Made by a program: the position numbers and the translations under genes. DNA of 64,000 nt, from the NCBI GenBank assembly GCA_907165135.1, contig OU015568.1, positions 8,184,001 to 8,248,000 on the forward strand. Reading direction: 5' to 3'. Shown here one piece after another: positions 36,701-46,977 of the stretch (positions are counted from its first letter, which is position 1; each line of letters starts with the position of its first letter). The notes beneath the pieces were generated by a model. That model saw nothing but the letters and a program-made list of their open reading frames with translations, did no database searches and had not been told where the DNA came from. Source of the stretch: Oikopleura dioica (taxonomy: Eukaryota; Animalia; Chordata).

Positions 36701-38804
36701 TGGGAAAATACCTTTCAAAAAGGTGATATTCTCAACAATACGGAAAGACCAAGTGAATTTCTGCTCGAAAAGATTGCGGTTATGAATACAACGAACCCTC
36801 CAACATGGAATTTTTATGATCCACCTATTCAGGAACTTTATAGTAGTGAAGCTTATCGGGACGAGTTTAAAAACTGTAAAACTTGAAGAGGCAAAATTAA
36901 AAAAAACTGTCAGACGTAGCAGTAAAAACTCATGAAAAGGGCAACGGTTGATGGTCTGGAAATTTCAACGACCTACAGATTCTCTTTAGTGGGTATTTTC
37001 GACTCCGAGCCACCTCTGGATTCATCTCCTCGTACCACAGATGTAAGGATCATAGAAGCAAAGACGTCTAGTAATCCGGCTTTGATTTCAATGGACAACA
37101 TCGAAGCAGGAAATGTAACTATAAGTATTGATCTCGCACCAGCGCCAGATACTGACTCCTGGTTCGTGAACATCAGCCCTGTTGGTGGAGTTGGGGGAGG
37201 AGGACAGTCAGAAAGTGGCGATGGTAGTAGCTGTAACGCAGATACTGGCGAAGATTGCATCGCTAATCCTACTTTTGGCGACTTAGAACCAGGAGAGACC
37301 TATCAAGTCACCGTTACCACCTTTCTAGAGCCTAGTACAGCAGCAATAATGGATGGGGATGAGCAAACTCTTCAGAATATCAGACCAGTTTTGAGTAATT
37401 TCACGCTCTTCACGACGAAGGATATCAAATTGGATTTGTTATTCTTGATTGACGGAAGCAATGAAGTTGATTTGTATAAAGATCTGGTTGATAATGCGGA
37501 GACGATTTTGGAAAAGATTAGGGCTCAAAAAAAAAACAAAGGGTCGGGGTAAGGGCTTTTTTTAGGAAAATAAGGGTATCACTTCGCAAGAAAATGAACG
37601 AAATGATCAAATTTTAACTCAATTGAGTCCATCATTAGACAGGCAAAAACGATGGAACCGTTGCAGAAATCCGTGAACATCGAGAAGAAATCGTAAATTC
37701 CAACGCAACAATTTTCAACCTGCAGAAATCCTTCATCAAGTCGTATTTAGAGCGCACCAACTCAGTAGACGACGAAGAAGTTCAAGTAGCGTACCAAGTG
37801 TACGAGACGGATTCGTTCAAGCGTTTCGGTCCCAGAAAGCGCCTCAGAGGTAATAAACCTGCCAGAACTGGCATCCGTGTTATTTATTGTTTTTTAAAGA
37901 TATGATTGGCAACGAAACCATTGAAAATGTCGGATCCGATGTTCAGGAAAGAATTGACGAGTGGAAATATGAGGGAGGCCTGTATAATCCTGGAGAAGCT
38001 CTGTACTTTGCTGGGGTCAGTTTTATGATGAAGAATGATAATGAATATGCACTCTTTTCTGGCGATAGGAAGGGCTTAAAATTCAGGCACGAAGATTTTC
38101 GAGAAGGCATTACTTATGCCGACTTCTTGATTTTGTTAAGCCAACGAAAAGACAACCAGTTAAAAACGTCATTATCATGACAATGTCGAACACTGGTGGA
38201 ATTGCCTCAACTATCAACAAAGAAACATCCCTCATAAGAGGTCTAAGGAGTGTTCAATTCTGCCTCAAAGCGGAAATCCTGGTAATTGGCCTTCACGATG
38301 AAACAGACGAGCGAGGAGATGACCAGACATTCGAGGAATACATGAATCTTGTCGGTTGTTGGGGACATGGCGACACGAAGGACGATCTTGATAAAATGAT
38401 GAATAATACTTTTGAAGGCTTTTCCTGCACGGACGAGCGGTGTCCGTTCCCGGATGAGGAGACTTATGAAGCTAGAATTCGAGATACAAAAATTACAAAA
38501 TGCGAGAATGTCTTTAGGATGCCAAAGTCGGAAGAAGGCATTCCTGATTTAATATCGCAGTTAAAAAGACGACTTGTTGAATTGGCAAGGGATGATGAAG
38601 CTGTTGCCACGCAAGATAAATACATCTTTGATGAGCCTCACACATTAGAAGAGAGGATGAATATGTGCAAACTTTACAATACAAAAGTAAGCTCTCGCCA
38701 TTTTATATTCTATAATATTTTTATTTTCATACTAATGTAAATTTTAGCTCTTCAATCTTGACTTGGAAGTTGTTTCCGAACAGAATGCCAGAACTGAGCT
38801 TTAA
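27738..38804 (+). CDS. Giant secretory-pathway mosaic protein: signal peptide, many FN3 repeats, Cys-rich region, 2 Sushi/CCP, LDLa-like, degenerate vWA, C-terminal RTEL
   Basis: Exon 1 (27738-27861) MILNFLFILLLNCAEG-KVENLRY...FTWEDDASP splices in phase 1 to 31743. Sushi CPHLSIPNG...WSHIPTC; LDLa-like CDGKCDCPGCIDE; RKRR furin site; DLLFLIDGSNE; last exon LFNLDLEVVSEQNARTEL*. Confidence 0.8.
27929..31628 (-). CDS. Large Ser/Lys-rich disordered protein with an N-terminal TM/signal-anchor, nested in intron 1 of the FN3 gene
   Basis: 733-codon open frame 29440-31641 plus further open exons down to 27929. MTSPAMAKLAKIKKEE / AIPIAIVVAATAFTAATIGALVYRR after a short GT-AG intron. Confidence 0.7.
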
Positions 38805-39005
38805 CTTTACCTTGCAATAAAAAAAAACTACAAAGATTAAGAGGAACCTGGTTAGTATATTTACGGGCAACAACGAACAATAAAAAAAAGGATGCAGGAT
38901 AAAGAAAAATAAAGAAAGAAAGCAGGCGATTTCGTAGTCAAAGTGAAGGCATTTCGGGTTTCAAAATTTCGAACGGATCAATTCTCACTGCTTCGGCATA
39001 AGGAC

Positions 39006-39186
39006 TTAGCAGTTGCACTTGCCGCTGACTCGAACATCGACGAGCTTGGTGACGGTGACGATTGACACTCGGGCATCGAGGACGATGCTAGAATTTGAAA
39101 ATGACGAGAAGGAGGAAAATAACTCTAGGTACTTACTCGGAGGCCATGTTGATCTCGGGAGCTTCGAAGCAGATTTCTTTTGACAT
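39006..39186 (-). CDS. Candidate 43-aa microprotein, 2 exons, ending in CNC
   Basis: ATG 39186, 49-nt GTAAG...CTAG intron 39136-39088, TAA 39008-39006: MSKEICFEAPEINMASDIVLDARVSIVTVTKLVDVRVSGKCNC. Confidence 0.5.
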
Positions 39187-40021
39187 TTTTGAAAAGTTTT
39201 GTGACGATCAAAAAGATGAAAAATTAACACAAAACCGTCCGTGATATAGTGCTCTTAGACGGCGCCAGAGGGAGATTATAGTACTCTAGCGCTTCCCATG
39301 CTTAGGAATGGTAATAAAGTGTCTCCTCTTCCATCTTCATTTTTATTGGTCGGATTTCCACTTATGATGCTTTAATAAAATTAAAAGTGAATGGTTCTTC
39401 TTAGACGGATTAAGTCTTGGTAAGCTGTCAAACTAATGATTCAATTAGCATGCAAGAAAAAAGCAAATGTCGCTTGAAATTCTGTCAATGTCGCTGAATT
39501 TCCGCAGGGGGGAAGGTTAGATTTTCTACTCGTGTTAATTCATAAGCAATATATAAATGTATATAACTTGCTACATCTACCCCCAACCCTGTTGCGGGCA
39601 TGAGGGTTAATTAGAGCCACACTGCTAAGGACGAATTCTGGTGATAGACCCACACTCAAAAGGGGGCCCTCTGGTATATGTTGCGTGCTGGAGTGCCTTT
39701 TCATAGATAGATAGGTACTTTATTGTTTGTTACAGCTCCATTGAAGCTCACTTGTTATCACGAAAAATTGATAAAGAACCGACTGGTTCTGGTTGGCTTG
39801 TTCTAGTTGGGATGAAAGCTAGCGCGTATTGCCTTTGGGCACAGCGAAGGCGTCATTCAATCCTTCTTCAGACAACAAGCCTTGGCTCTTTCACCGAAAA
39901 TAGAATTCTACGTCTTTTTACCGGTCACGTGACTTTCTGTGCCTTTCCAGGTCAGTTCTACTAGAGAAAAGAAACTCCGGAAAATGCTGAAGATCGTGTA
40001 AAACGAGTTTGATCCTCAAAA

Positions 40022-42099
40022 ATGACCGTTTTTGGAAGCGGTTTGGCCCGCTACTTCGTCTCCGTCCTTGGACTGGGAGTTTTCTTCTTGGGTCTTAATT
40101 ACGTTAATTATGGAAGGCATACGAGTTTACAGGCCGAAAAAGTAGCTTGCAATCAGGCTCCTCCTCAGGAAATTGTCAAGGTAAATCTACGATTTTATGG
40201 CAATTTAGAAGCATAGAAAATTATGCAATCTAAGTATTTCCCAAACGCCACGCAGGCAAAATAAAGCGATTTCAAGAGCGAATTCTCTATAAAACTAATC
40301 AAATAAAGAAAAATTAATTCTTCTCCTGAAGAATCGCAAATAGATTTTTCTTCGCGAAAATTTATAAAAGATCTTATTTTTTTTACTAATAATACGGCCC
40401 TCAAAAGTGACACTTAGACGGTCTTTATTATCATTCCACTATTATGATATGAGACTTAAAGTTTATGATTCTGAAGCGCTCATAGATTATTAAATAAATT
40501 TCAGGTTGTATACAGAGACAGAGTGGTTGATAGCCAACAAGAAAATAGCGAAGAAGATGGCGATGAGCACAACCCCCCTAAAATTATTTATTCTCCGATG
40601 GATGAGAGTGGTATCAGATATCCGATCTCGGATGAGCTCAAAAAGGACCCGCACTTTGAGACATTCCAGAAGAGGCGAAAGTTTTTGAACAAGTAAGTTT
40701 GAATCCCCGACGGATCTTCTTGCAACAATAAAAAGAAAAGAAAGCGATAACTTACCCTAAAATTAAGCGCTTGCCGAAGCATCAGAAGTATATTCGACAC
40801 GAGCATAAGCTTCAAGGCGAAAAAGCACCTCCACGAAGCCATAAAAACCGGAACTAATAAAGACGACGAGGAAAAATGTATTCCATCTTTGGCACGCGAG
40901 GGATCACCTGAGAACCATTTTTACACAGGTAAGATTTTTTACGAGGGATATTTCGATTCACAGCCAATTTTCCCGGAGAATGTCATAAAGTTGATAATTT
41001 ATAGTTGCTCTAATCTAGCGGCGACATGATGTCGTGTCCACATAAATTAGATGATTCTGATATAAAGCCTTTTAAACGAAAATTTTTACTAAATATTTTT
41101 GACTAAACATTTGTTTTAGACAAAAACAAAATTCACGTTTGTCTGCCAACAAAAACAGGCAGTACGAACTGGTTGAAAATGCTGTTCTCTCTCTACACAT
41201 CAGACGGAAAACTTGACCCAGACGAGGTGGATCCGAATCTGGTTTATCAAATGCCTCAGCTTCCGAGATTCGCGGCGGAATTGGATGAACACATTCGTTC
41301 GAGACAAGGAACGGATTTTTTAACCGGAAAAATTCTTTAATCCCGCTAGACATGTTCATCAGAGGACCGAAATTTTTTCATAAAAAAATCCGTTGAAAAG
41401 GAAAAGATGATTATTTCACGATGATCACCGTTCGCCATCCATTCGCCCGGCTTCATTCTGCGTACAAAGACAAGTTCCGAAACAAACACCCTTGGATGAA
41501 ATACATCAGAAGCAAGTTTGGAACATACCTTGATGCAATGGAAACGGAAGACATGGAGAACGAAGACTACGAGTACAGTTTTAGAGCATTTTTGGAGCTC
41601 ATGGCGCTGTCAGAATATGATCAAGAGCGCGACAGGTTATTAACGCAAATCTGACAGTATTCAAAATTTATCCTCAAGGCATTGGAAAACGATCCAAACG
41701 TACTGTACTCCTTGCCACATCGAGTACGACTTCGTCCTCAAGCAAGAAACTGCCATGGCCGAGAATGACTTTTTGATGAAAGTGCTCAATTTTGACAAAA
41801 CTCATCCAAACCTCCATGTTCCCGGCAGGTCAGTTTCATCTCCACTCAGCAGAATATCCATTTCCAATACTCAGGTACAACTCGAACGTCACCGCAAGAA
41901 TCAACATGGAAGAAATCGCAGCTCCTTACAAAGACGTTCCAAGAGATATCATCGAGAAAATTTACATTTCGTATTTTCCGTAAGTTTTTTCTAACAGAAA
42001 AACCGTTTTGACGGTGATTTTCTTAGGGACTTCGTGCTGTATAATTACGACGTTGATGAAGTTTTTGCCGTTGCTGGGCCGCCCTCTGACTCTGCGTAA
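40022..42099 (+). CDS. Golgi carbohydrate sulfotransferase (Sulfotransfer_2; HNK-1ST/CHST8-14 family)
   Basis: Type II TM anchor; 5'-PSB CLPTKTGSTNW; 3'-PB VRHPFARLHSAYKDKF; HWKTIQTYCTPCHIEYDFVLKQET; C-terminal DFVLYNY. Confidence 0.92.
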
Positions 42100-42192
42100 G
42101 TTTTCCAATCATAGAAACAAGCCTGACTCCGTGCTCTTTTTCTACCAAAAGCAAGAATTAAAAATATTTATAAAAGGCTTAAACGAAAAAGA

Positions 42193-42617
42193 ATGGAAGT
42201 GCGAGCGAAGATGAAGACGAAATTCGGCTACTACACCAAGGTAACAAAATCGCCATTGAGATCAACGAGGATTAATGACTTATTGTAGCGAACTGATGAT
42301 ATGCAGTGTATGGGCGAGGATGAATACGCCTGTAAATACGGAATGTGGAGGAAGTTCCCGAATCACACGATTGTTGGGACTGCCTATCCCTTCGCGGGAA
42401 AGAAATTCAGCAGTTTGACAGCTGCTTTTGAATTCGCCTGCGATAAACCAACAGTGAAGGTAACAGCGTTTCAAAACCTTCAAAATCACAAACGAAAATT
42501 AAGGGTGTTATCTACGACGGAACGGCCTATCAACTCCGCGGTGGCTCAGCTGGATTCAGAGAGCACCGAAACGACACTGTATGGATCAAGCAATATAGTA
42601 CCCTGACAATTGCCTAG
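42193..42617 (+). CDS. Small hypothetical protein with one PAN/apple-like module, 3 exons
   Basis: GT-AG introns join WRKFPNHTIVG...FSSLTAAFEFACDKPTVK / GVIYDGTAYQLRGG...VWIK in frame. Confidence 0.5.
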
Positions 42618-43192
42618 ACAAAGAATACTCGTCACCTAACAATACCAAAACAGTTCAAACCTATCTTTATTTCTGGATCTATTTCCGTACTTTTTACAAT
42701 ACTGATTCTTATTTTGACTCAGACCTTTAGAAATATTGCAAATTAATTATAAAAGACAACCATTAAAACTTGCCTAAAGCCTTTGGTTGCAAATACAAAA
42801 GAAATTTTAATGAAACACCCGCTTTTGAATTTATTTCAAAATTATCTCGTTATAAATAATTTAGTGATTAATTATTTATAAGTGCTATTTAGAACAAATA
42901 TGTGATTTTTATTTCAAATTCAAATTTCATCGAGAAAAACCTACTTCAAATGCACAAGCAAAAAATAAACAAAAACCCTTCCGAAAAGTGTTATTTCTGA
43001 TATTTTGTGCTCTTCGTTGATTTCTGAAATAAATTATACATGTATATAATTTATTTTTATTTAATTTTTGGACAGTGAAGTGAAAAGTGCAGTGAACTTT
43101 AAAATGGTTGTTTTCAATAACTGAAGTGATTGCGCATTTATGAGGCAGGAGAGATTAAGCGCGGTTAAAGTCTTCTTTGATTTCATTTAATT

Positions 43193-45187
43193 CTACTCGT
43201 CCCATTCGTCTTTTTCTTGTTGTATCATCTCTCCATCTTCTGCTTCTTCGTAGAATTCTAAAAATAAACTGATTCAAACTGGTGGAATGAGACCGTACCT
43301 GGGTCAAGCTTCAAATCGCCAGTTATTGTTATGCATTCTTTATTATTATTATCATCGTCGGTAGTTTGCACAAAAGTGACTCCTTGAATGCTTGGAAGGT
43401 CAAGTGGTACCACCTGAATTAGTTTTAAATCTGAAGACTGATAGAGGGTTCTACCTGAGATAACTGATGATCCCTCATTCGGAGAAGAAAGAGTCGAGAA
43501 TCTAGGATCGACAAATGCCCCCGAAATCCGGATCGGGTTTTCATCGGATTTTCTTGAGCTCTGATTTTTCCGATCGGGTTTTTGCCGGGTTTTTGTCGGG
43601 TTTTTGTCGGGTTTTTTATCGGGTTTTTGTAGGATTTTTTTCGGGTTTTTGTCGGGTATTTTTCGGGTTTTTATCGGGTCTTTGTCGGGTTCTCGTCGGG
43701 TTTTCACAACACTGAAATTGAATCAAATAAATTGAATCCAAATCGGCGAAAATGGACATAATTTTTGGCTAACAGAAGTTTTGGTGCTCTCTTTAAAGAA
43801 ACTGATGAGTAGATACGATGAGAAACCCGACAAAAATGGCAGCGCCTGTTTTGCCCAAAATCCCGGATCGCCCACATCCCGGATCGCCCATTTTCCTTGA
43901 TCGCCCATTGTGGGCAAAACGGGAAAATGTGCGGAACGGGGGGGAGCTACCTGTCGTGGTCATTTCGTCAAAATTGCCTCTCGTGGCAAGTTGCCTCTCG
44001 TGGCCATTTGCCTCTCGTGGTCATCACGTATCGGCTTACGAACCTTAGGGTATCCAAATTTTTCTCGAAGGGAAGATTTTTACAAGCCTAATATTCTTAG
44101 ATGTCAAATTATTTTCGAGTAGTATAGATAAGATAATTTTTTGAATACCTTACTCATCTCTATAAGAAAAACTTCGAAAAGAGTTAAACTTTCGATCAAT
44201 TTGAAAATTTTAATTGCATTCACATTCAGAAAGAAATTTGGTTGGCTTGTGCCAAGAAAGAGCAGGCGTTTATAGAAAATAACTCGCATTTATCCAAATT
44301 ATAAACAGGCCTCTCGAAGTATTTTAGAAAGAATCTTTCACACCCAACTTATCATCTAAATGCCTTACGTCAAATAAGCCGATACGTGATGTCCACGAGA
44401 GGCTAATGGCCACGAGAGGCAACTTGCCACGAGAGGCAAATTTGGCGAAATGGCCACGACAGGTAGCTCCCCCGGAACGGGATTTGTGTGCAAACCAGGA
44501 TTTGCAATTGTAAATTTGAAATTTGATAATGGAAGAAGGTGGTTTAGAAATTTTTACTAGAAACTGCTGCAAAAACTCCTCTTTACTCCTCCAATTTTTC
44601 ACCTCCAAAAAAGGTTGAATCTCATACTTGCGCGTGCTAATCCCTGCAAAAATAAAACCGACGGCTTTGGAAATCGGTGTCATTCTGTGTAGAAAACTAC
44701 CGGACACCCCCCATTCTGGCGCTCCTATAAGCTCTAGAAGTTAGGGAAGTCCACCGAAAATCGCACATTTTCCTGATCCGCACATTTTCCCGTTTTGCCC
44801 ACAATGGGCGATCAAGGAAAATGGGCGATCCGGGATGTGGGCGATCCGGGATTTTGGCCGAAACGGGAGCTGCCGACAAAAATACCCTACAAAAACCCGA
44901 TAAATAACCCTACAAAAACCCGATTTTTTAGGGTCGCCAAAATTTCAACGTCGGGTTTTTGTAGGGTAGGCGGAATCCAACAAAAACCCGACAAAAACGT
45001 CGGTTTTCGATCGGGTGTCGGGTGGGACTTGTCGATCCTAGTCGAGAATAGTCGATTCGTTTTTGATTCTCCTTTTCTTCCCCTAAATTAGAGGCTTGAA
45101 ATGACTTATAAATGATAAAAAAGTATTACCTTTCGATATTTCGTTCGAATACCCTTGCTCAGTCCTTTCCTTCACAAGAGTAGTCAT
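43193..45187 (-). CDS. eIF4E-binding protein (4E-BP)-like, about 105 aa, interrupted by a hAT insertion inside YxxxxLL
   Basis: Exons 45187-45130, 45082-45038, 43501-43455, 43413-43299 and 43257-43193 total 330 nt. The pre-insertion peptide RIDYSRLFLLRMRDHQLSQVVPLDLPSIQGVT aligns ungapped to the 4E-BP core. Confidence 0.75.
43502..45041. mobile_element. Non-autonomous hAT element (1540 bp) with CTAGGATCGACAA TIRs and a nested internal inverted-repeat element
   Basis: 13-bp TIR; perfect 8-bp TSD TCGAGAAT (43494-43501, 45042-45049); TCGGGTTTTT/AAAAACCCGA subterminal arrays; internal inverted arms about 43835-44040 versus 44375-44470 and 44770-44880. Confidence 0.93.
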
Positions 45188-45316
45188 ATCTCGAATTCTG
45201 AAAGCAAAAACCTCAATAGTCTATTGACAATAGATATTTGTCTTTCAGACATGATTTTTTAAGAAAATATTCAAAGTGTAAAAAAATAATCAAGAGAAAA
45301 TCAAGCACAAAACAGA

Positions 45317-46871
45317 TCAATCAAATTGGAAGGAATCATCATCGTCGAGCGCGTTCATCACAGAGTTGAACGATTTGTTCGCTGGCTTCTGTCTGGTTTG
45401 CGCGGCTAGTCTTGCTTTGCTGGCTTTGCTTGTAGAAGGGCCAGCAAGCTGGCTCCAGTCGCTATCTGAGTCGGAAGGGATTAGCATCACTTCCATCTGG
45501 CGCATTGGCTTCGGCTTCGGGCTCTTTGTTCCAGAGCTTTTGGAAGATCGTGTTGAAGATTTCAAAACACTAGATTTTGATTTCAAGCGAATTATTTTTA
45601 ATGAAAGATTTACCTTGGCGACTTTGATCCTGATTTTCTCGAGCTCGGTCTTTGACTAGTCGCTCGACTTTCGCTTGCTGGCGAGGCGATTCGAACGCTG
45701 ACTTGCTTCTTGCTGCTGCCAGTCGATCTTGGGGAAGCGATAGAAACAGCTTTGGAGGCGGTTTTCTCCGACGCCTCAGTCTTTTCGGAAAAATCAGTCG
45801 ACTTCGCGGACTCTTTCGAGAGTCGCTGAGAGCCGTTACTAAATTACCGGGGCAGACTTACTATTGCTCTAGCGCCTAGGGGTTACATTGTAGCCTAAGA
45901 CATCTTTATACGGATCGATGGAGAATCTCAAGCTCTATGCCACAGGATACAATCATCTCAGATTTTCGAGATCTCATAAATTTTCGGATTTATGGCGATT
46001 TTTCATTTTTCAAAGGGTTACGTGTCCCTAATTCAGCCAATCACAACACTGTATTTGACGCATTTGCCCCGGTAAATTTGTAACGTCTCTGAGCCGTTTT
46101 GGAAAGTGACGGAGATTTGGTGCTCGAACGAGTTGAACTGGAAGTTGGCTTGAATGTCACTTGAGCGCTCGTGGCTAATTCGTCGGGAGTTTTCTCTGAA
46201 GAAAAATAAATGAGAAGCTGAGTTAAATTTTCTTACGAAAATTGTCTCTTCCAGAAAGATGAATGCTTTGCGAAAAACTCGATTGCGAATCCGAGTCCGT
46301 GTCGATTGTAATTTGCTTCATGCGTTCTGTCGGCGACATAATTTGATTCCTGATATCTGGCGCTGGTGATTTCGTTTCGCTTCGATATGATGGTGTTGGA
46401 CTTTTGATCGGGCGCTCGTCGGACAGGAGTTTTACTGACATTGGCGTGGGAAGCGGCATCGAGAGGTTTTCTGTCGATTTCGTTTGGTCAAGCTTAAAAA
46501 AGTGGTTCAAAGACAATAAAATGGTGCAATTGGGAACGCGTTTATACTACTAAATGCTAGTTTTCTTTGATAGTGCAAATAGAACATATATCCATTTAAT
46601 AATTTTTTAATCCTCTCACGGGAGGACCTTATCCAAGGACCAGCAAAAACGAGCAAGCTTACCTGGCGAATGTACTTTTCTGCTCGATCAAGTAGCTTCT
46701 CCAGTTGATCATGGTCGCGTCTTTTAGAGTTCGAGAGTCAGAAACGACAACGAGTTTTACTTGTTAGAAATTTTAAATAAATAATTTATTACAACTTGAT
46801 TCTATCGCGAACCCTTTCCTCAATCTTTCTGCTCTTATTCTGGCCTCTTCGTCAGTCAAAATTACTGTCAT
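45317..46871 (-). CDS. Hypothetical Ser/Lys/Thr-rich protein, multi-exon (start uncertain)
   Basis: Open low-complexity exons 46516-46223, 46195-46085, 45838-45613 and 45570-45317 with GT/GA-AG boundaries; ends DDDDSFQFD*. Confidence 0.5.
45829..46090. mobile_element. Small MITE (about 260 bp) filling an intron of the upstream gene
   Basis: Imperfect 26-bp TIRs AGAGCCGTTACTAAATTACCGGGGCA / TGCCCCGGTAAATTTGTAACGTCTCT; GAGCCGTT-type direct repeat at both ends. Confidence 0.7.
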
Positions 46872-46977
46872 CCCGTCTCTAAATCTTCGATGATTTCAAG
46901 CTCTAAAAAACATTTGTCGTGAAAACTTGTTTCTATAAAAGTAGCGAGGTATATAATTTAATAATCATGATTGAATA

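Noticed and set aside
43515-45091. Multiple ORFs inside the hAT element, plus ORFs 46919-47260 and 49934-50176
   Set aside because: These are low-complexity translations of subterminal and inverted repeats with no domain content.
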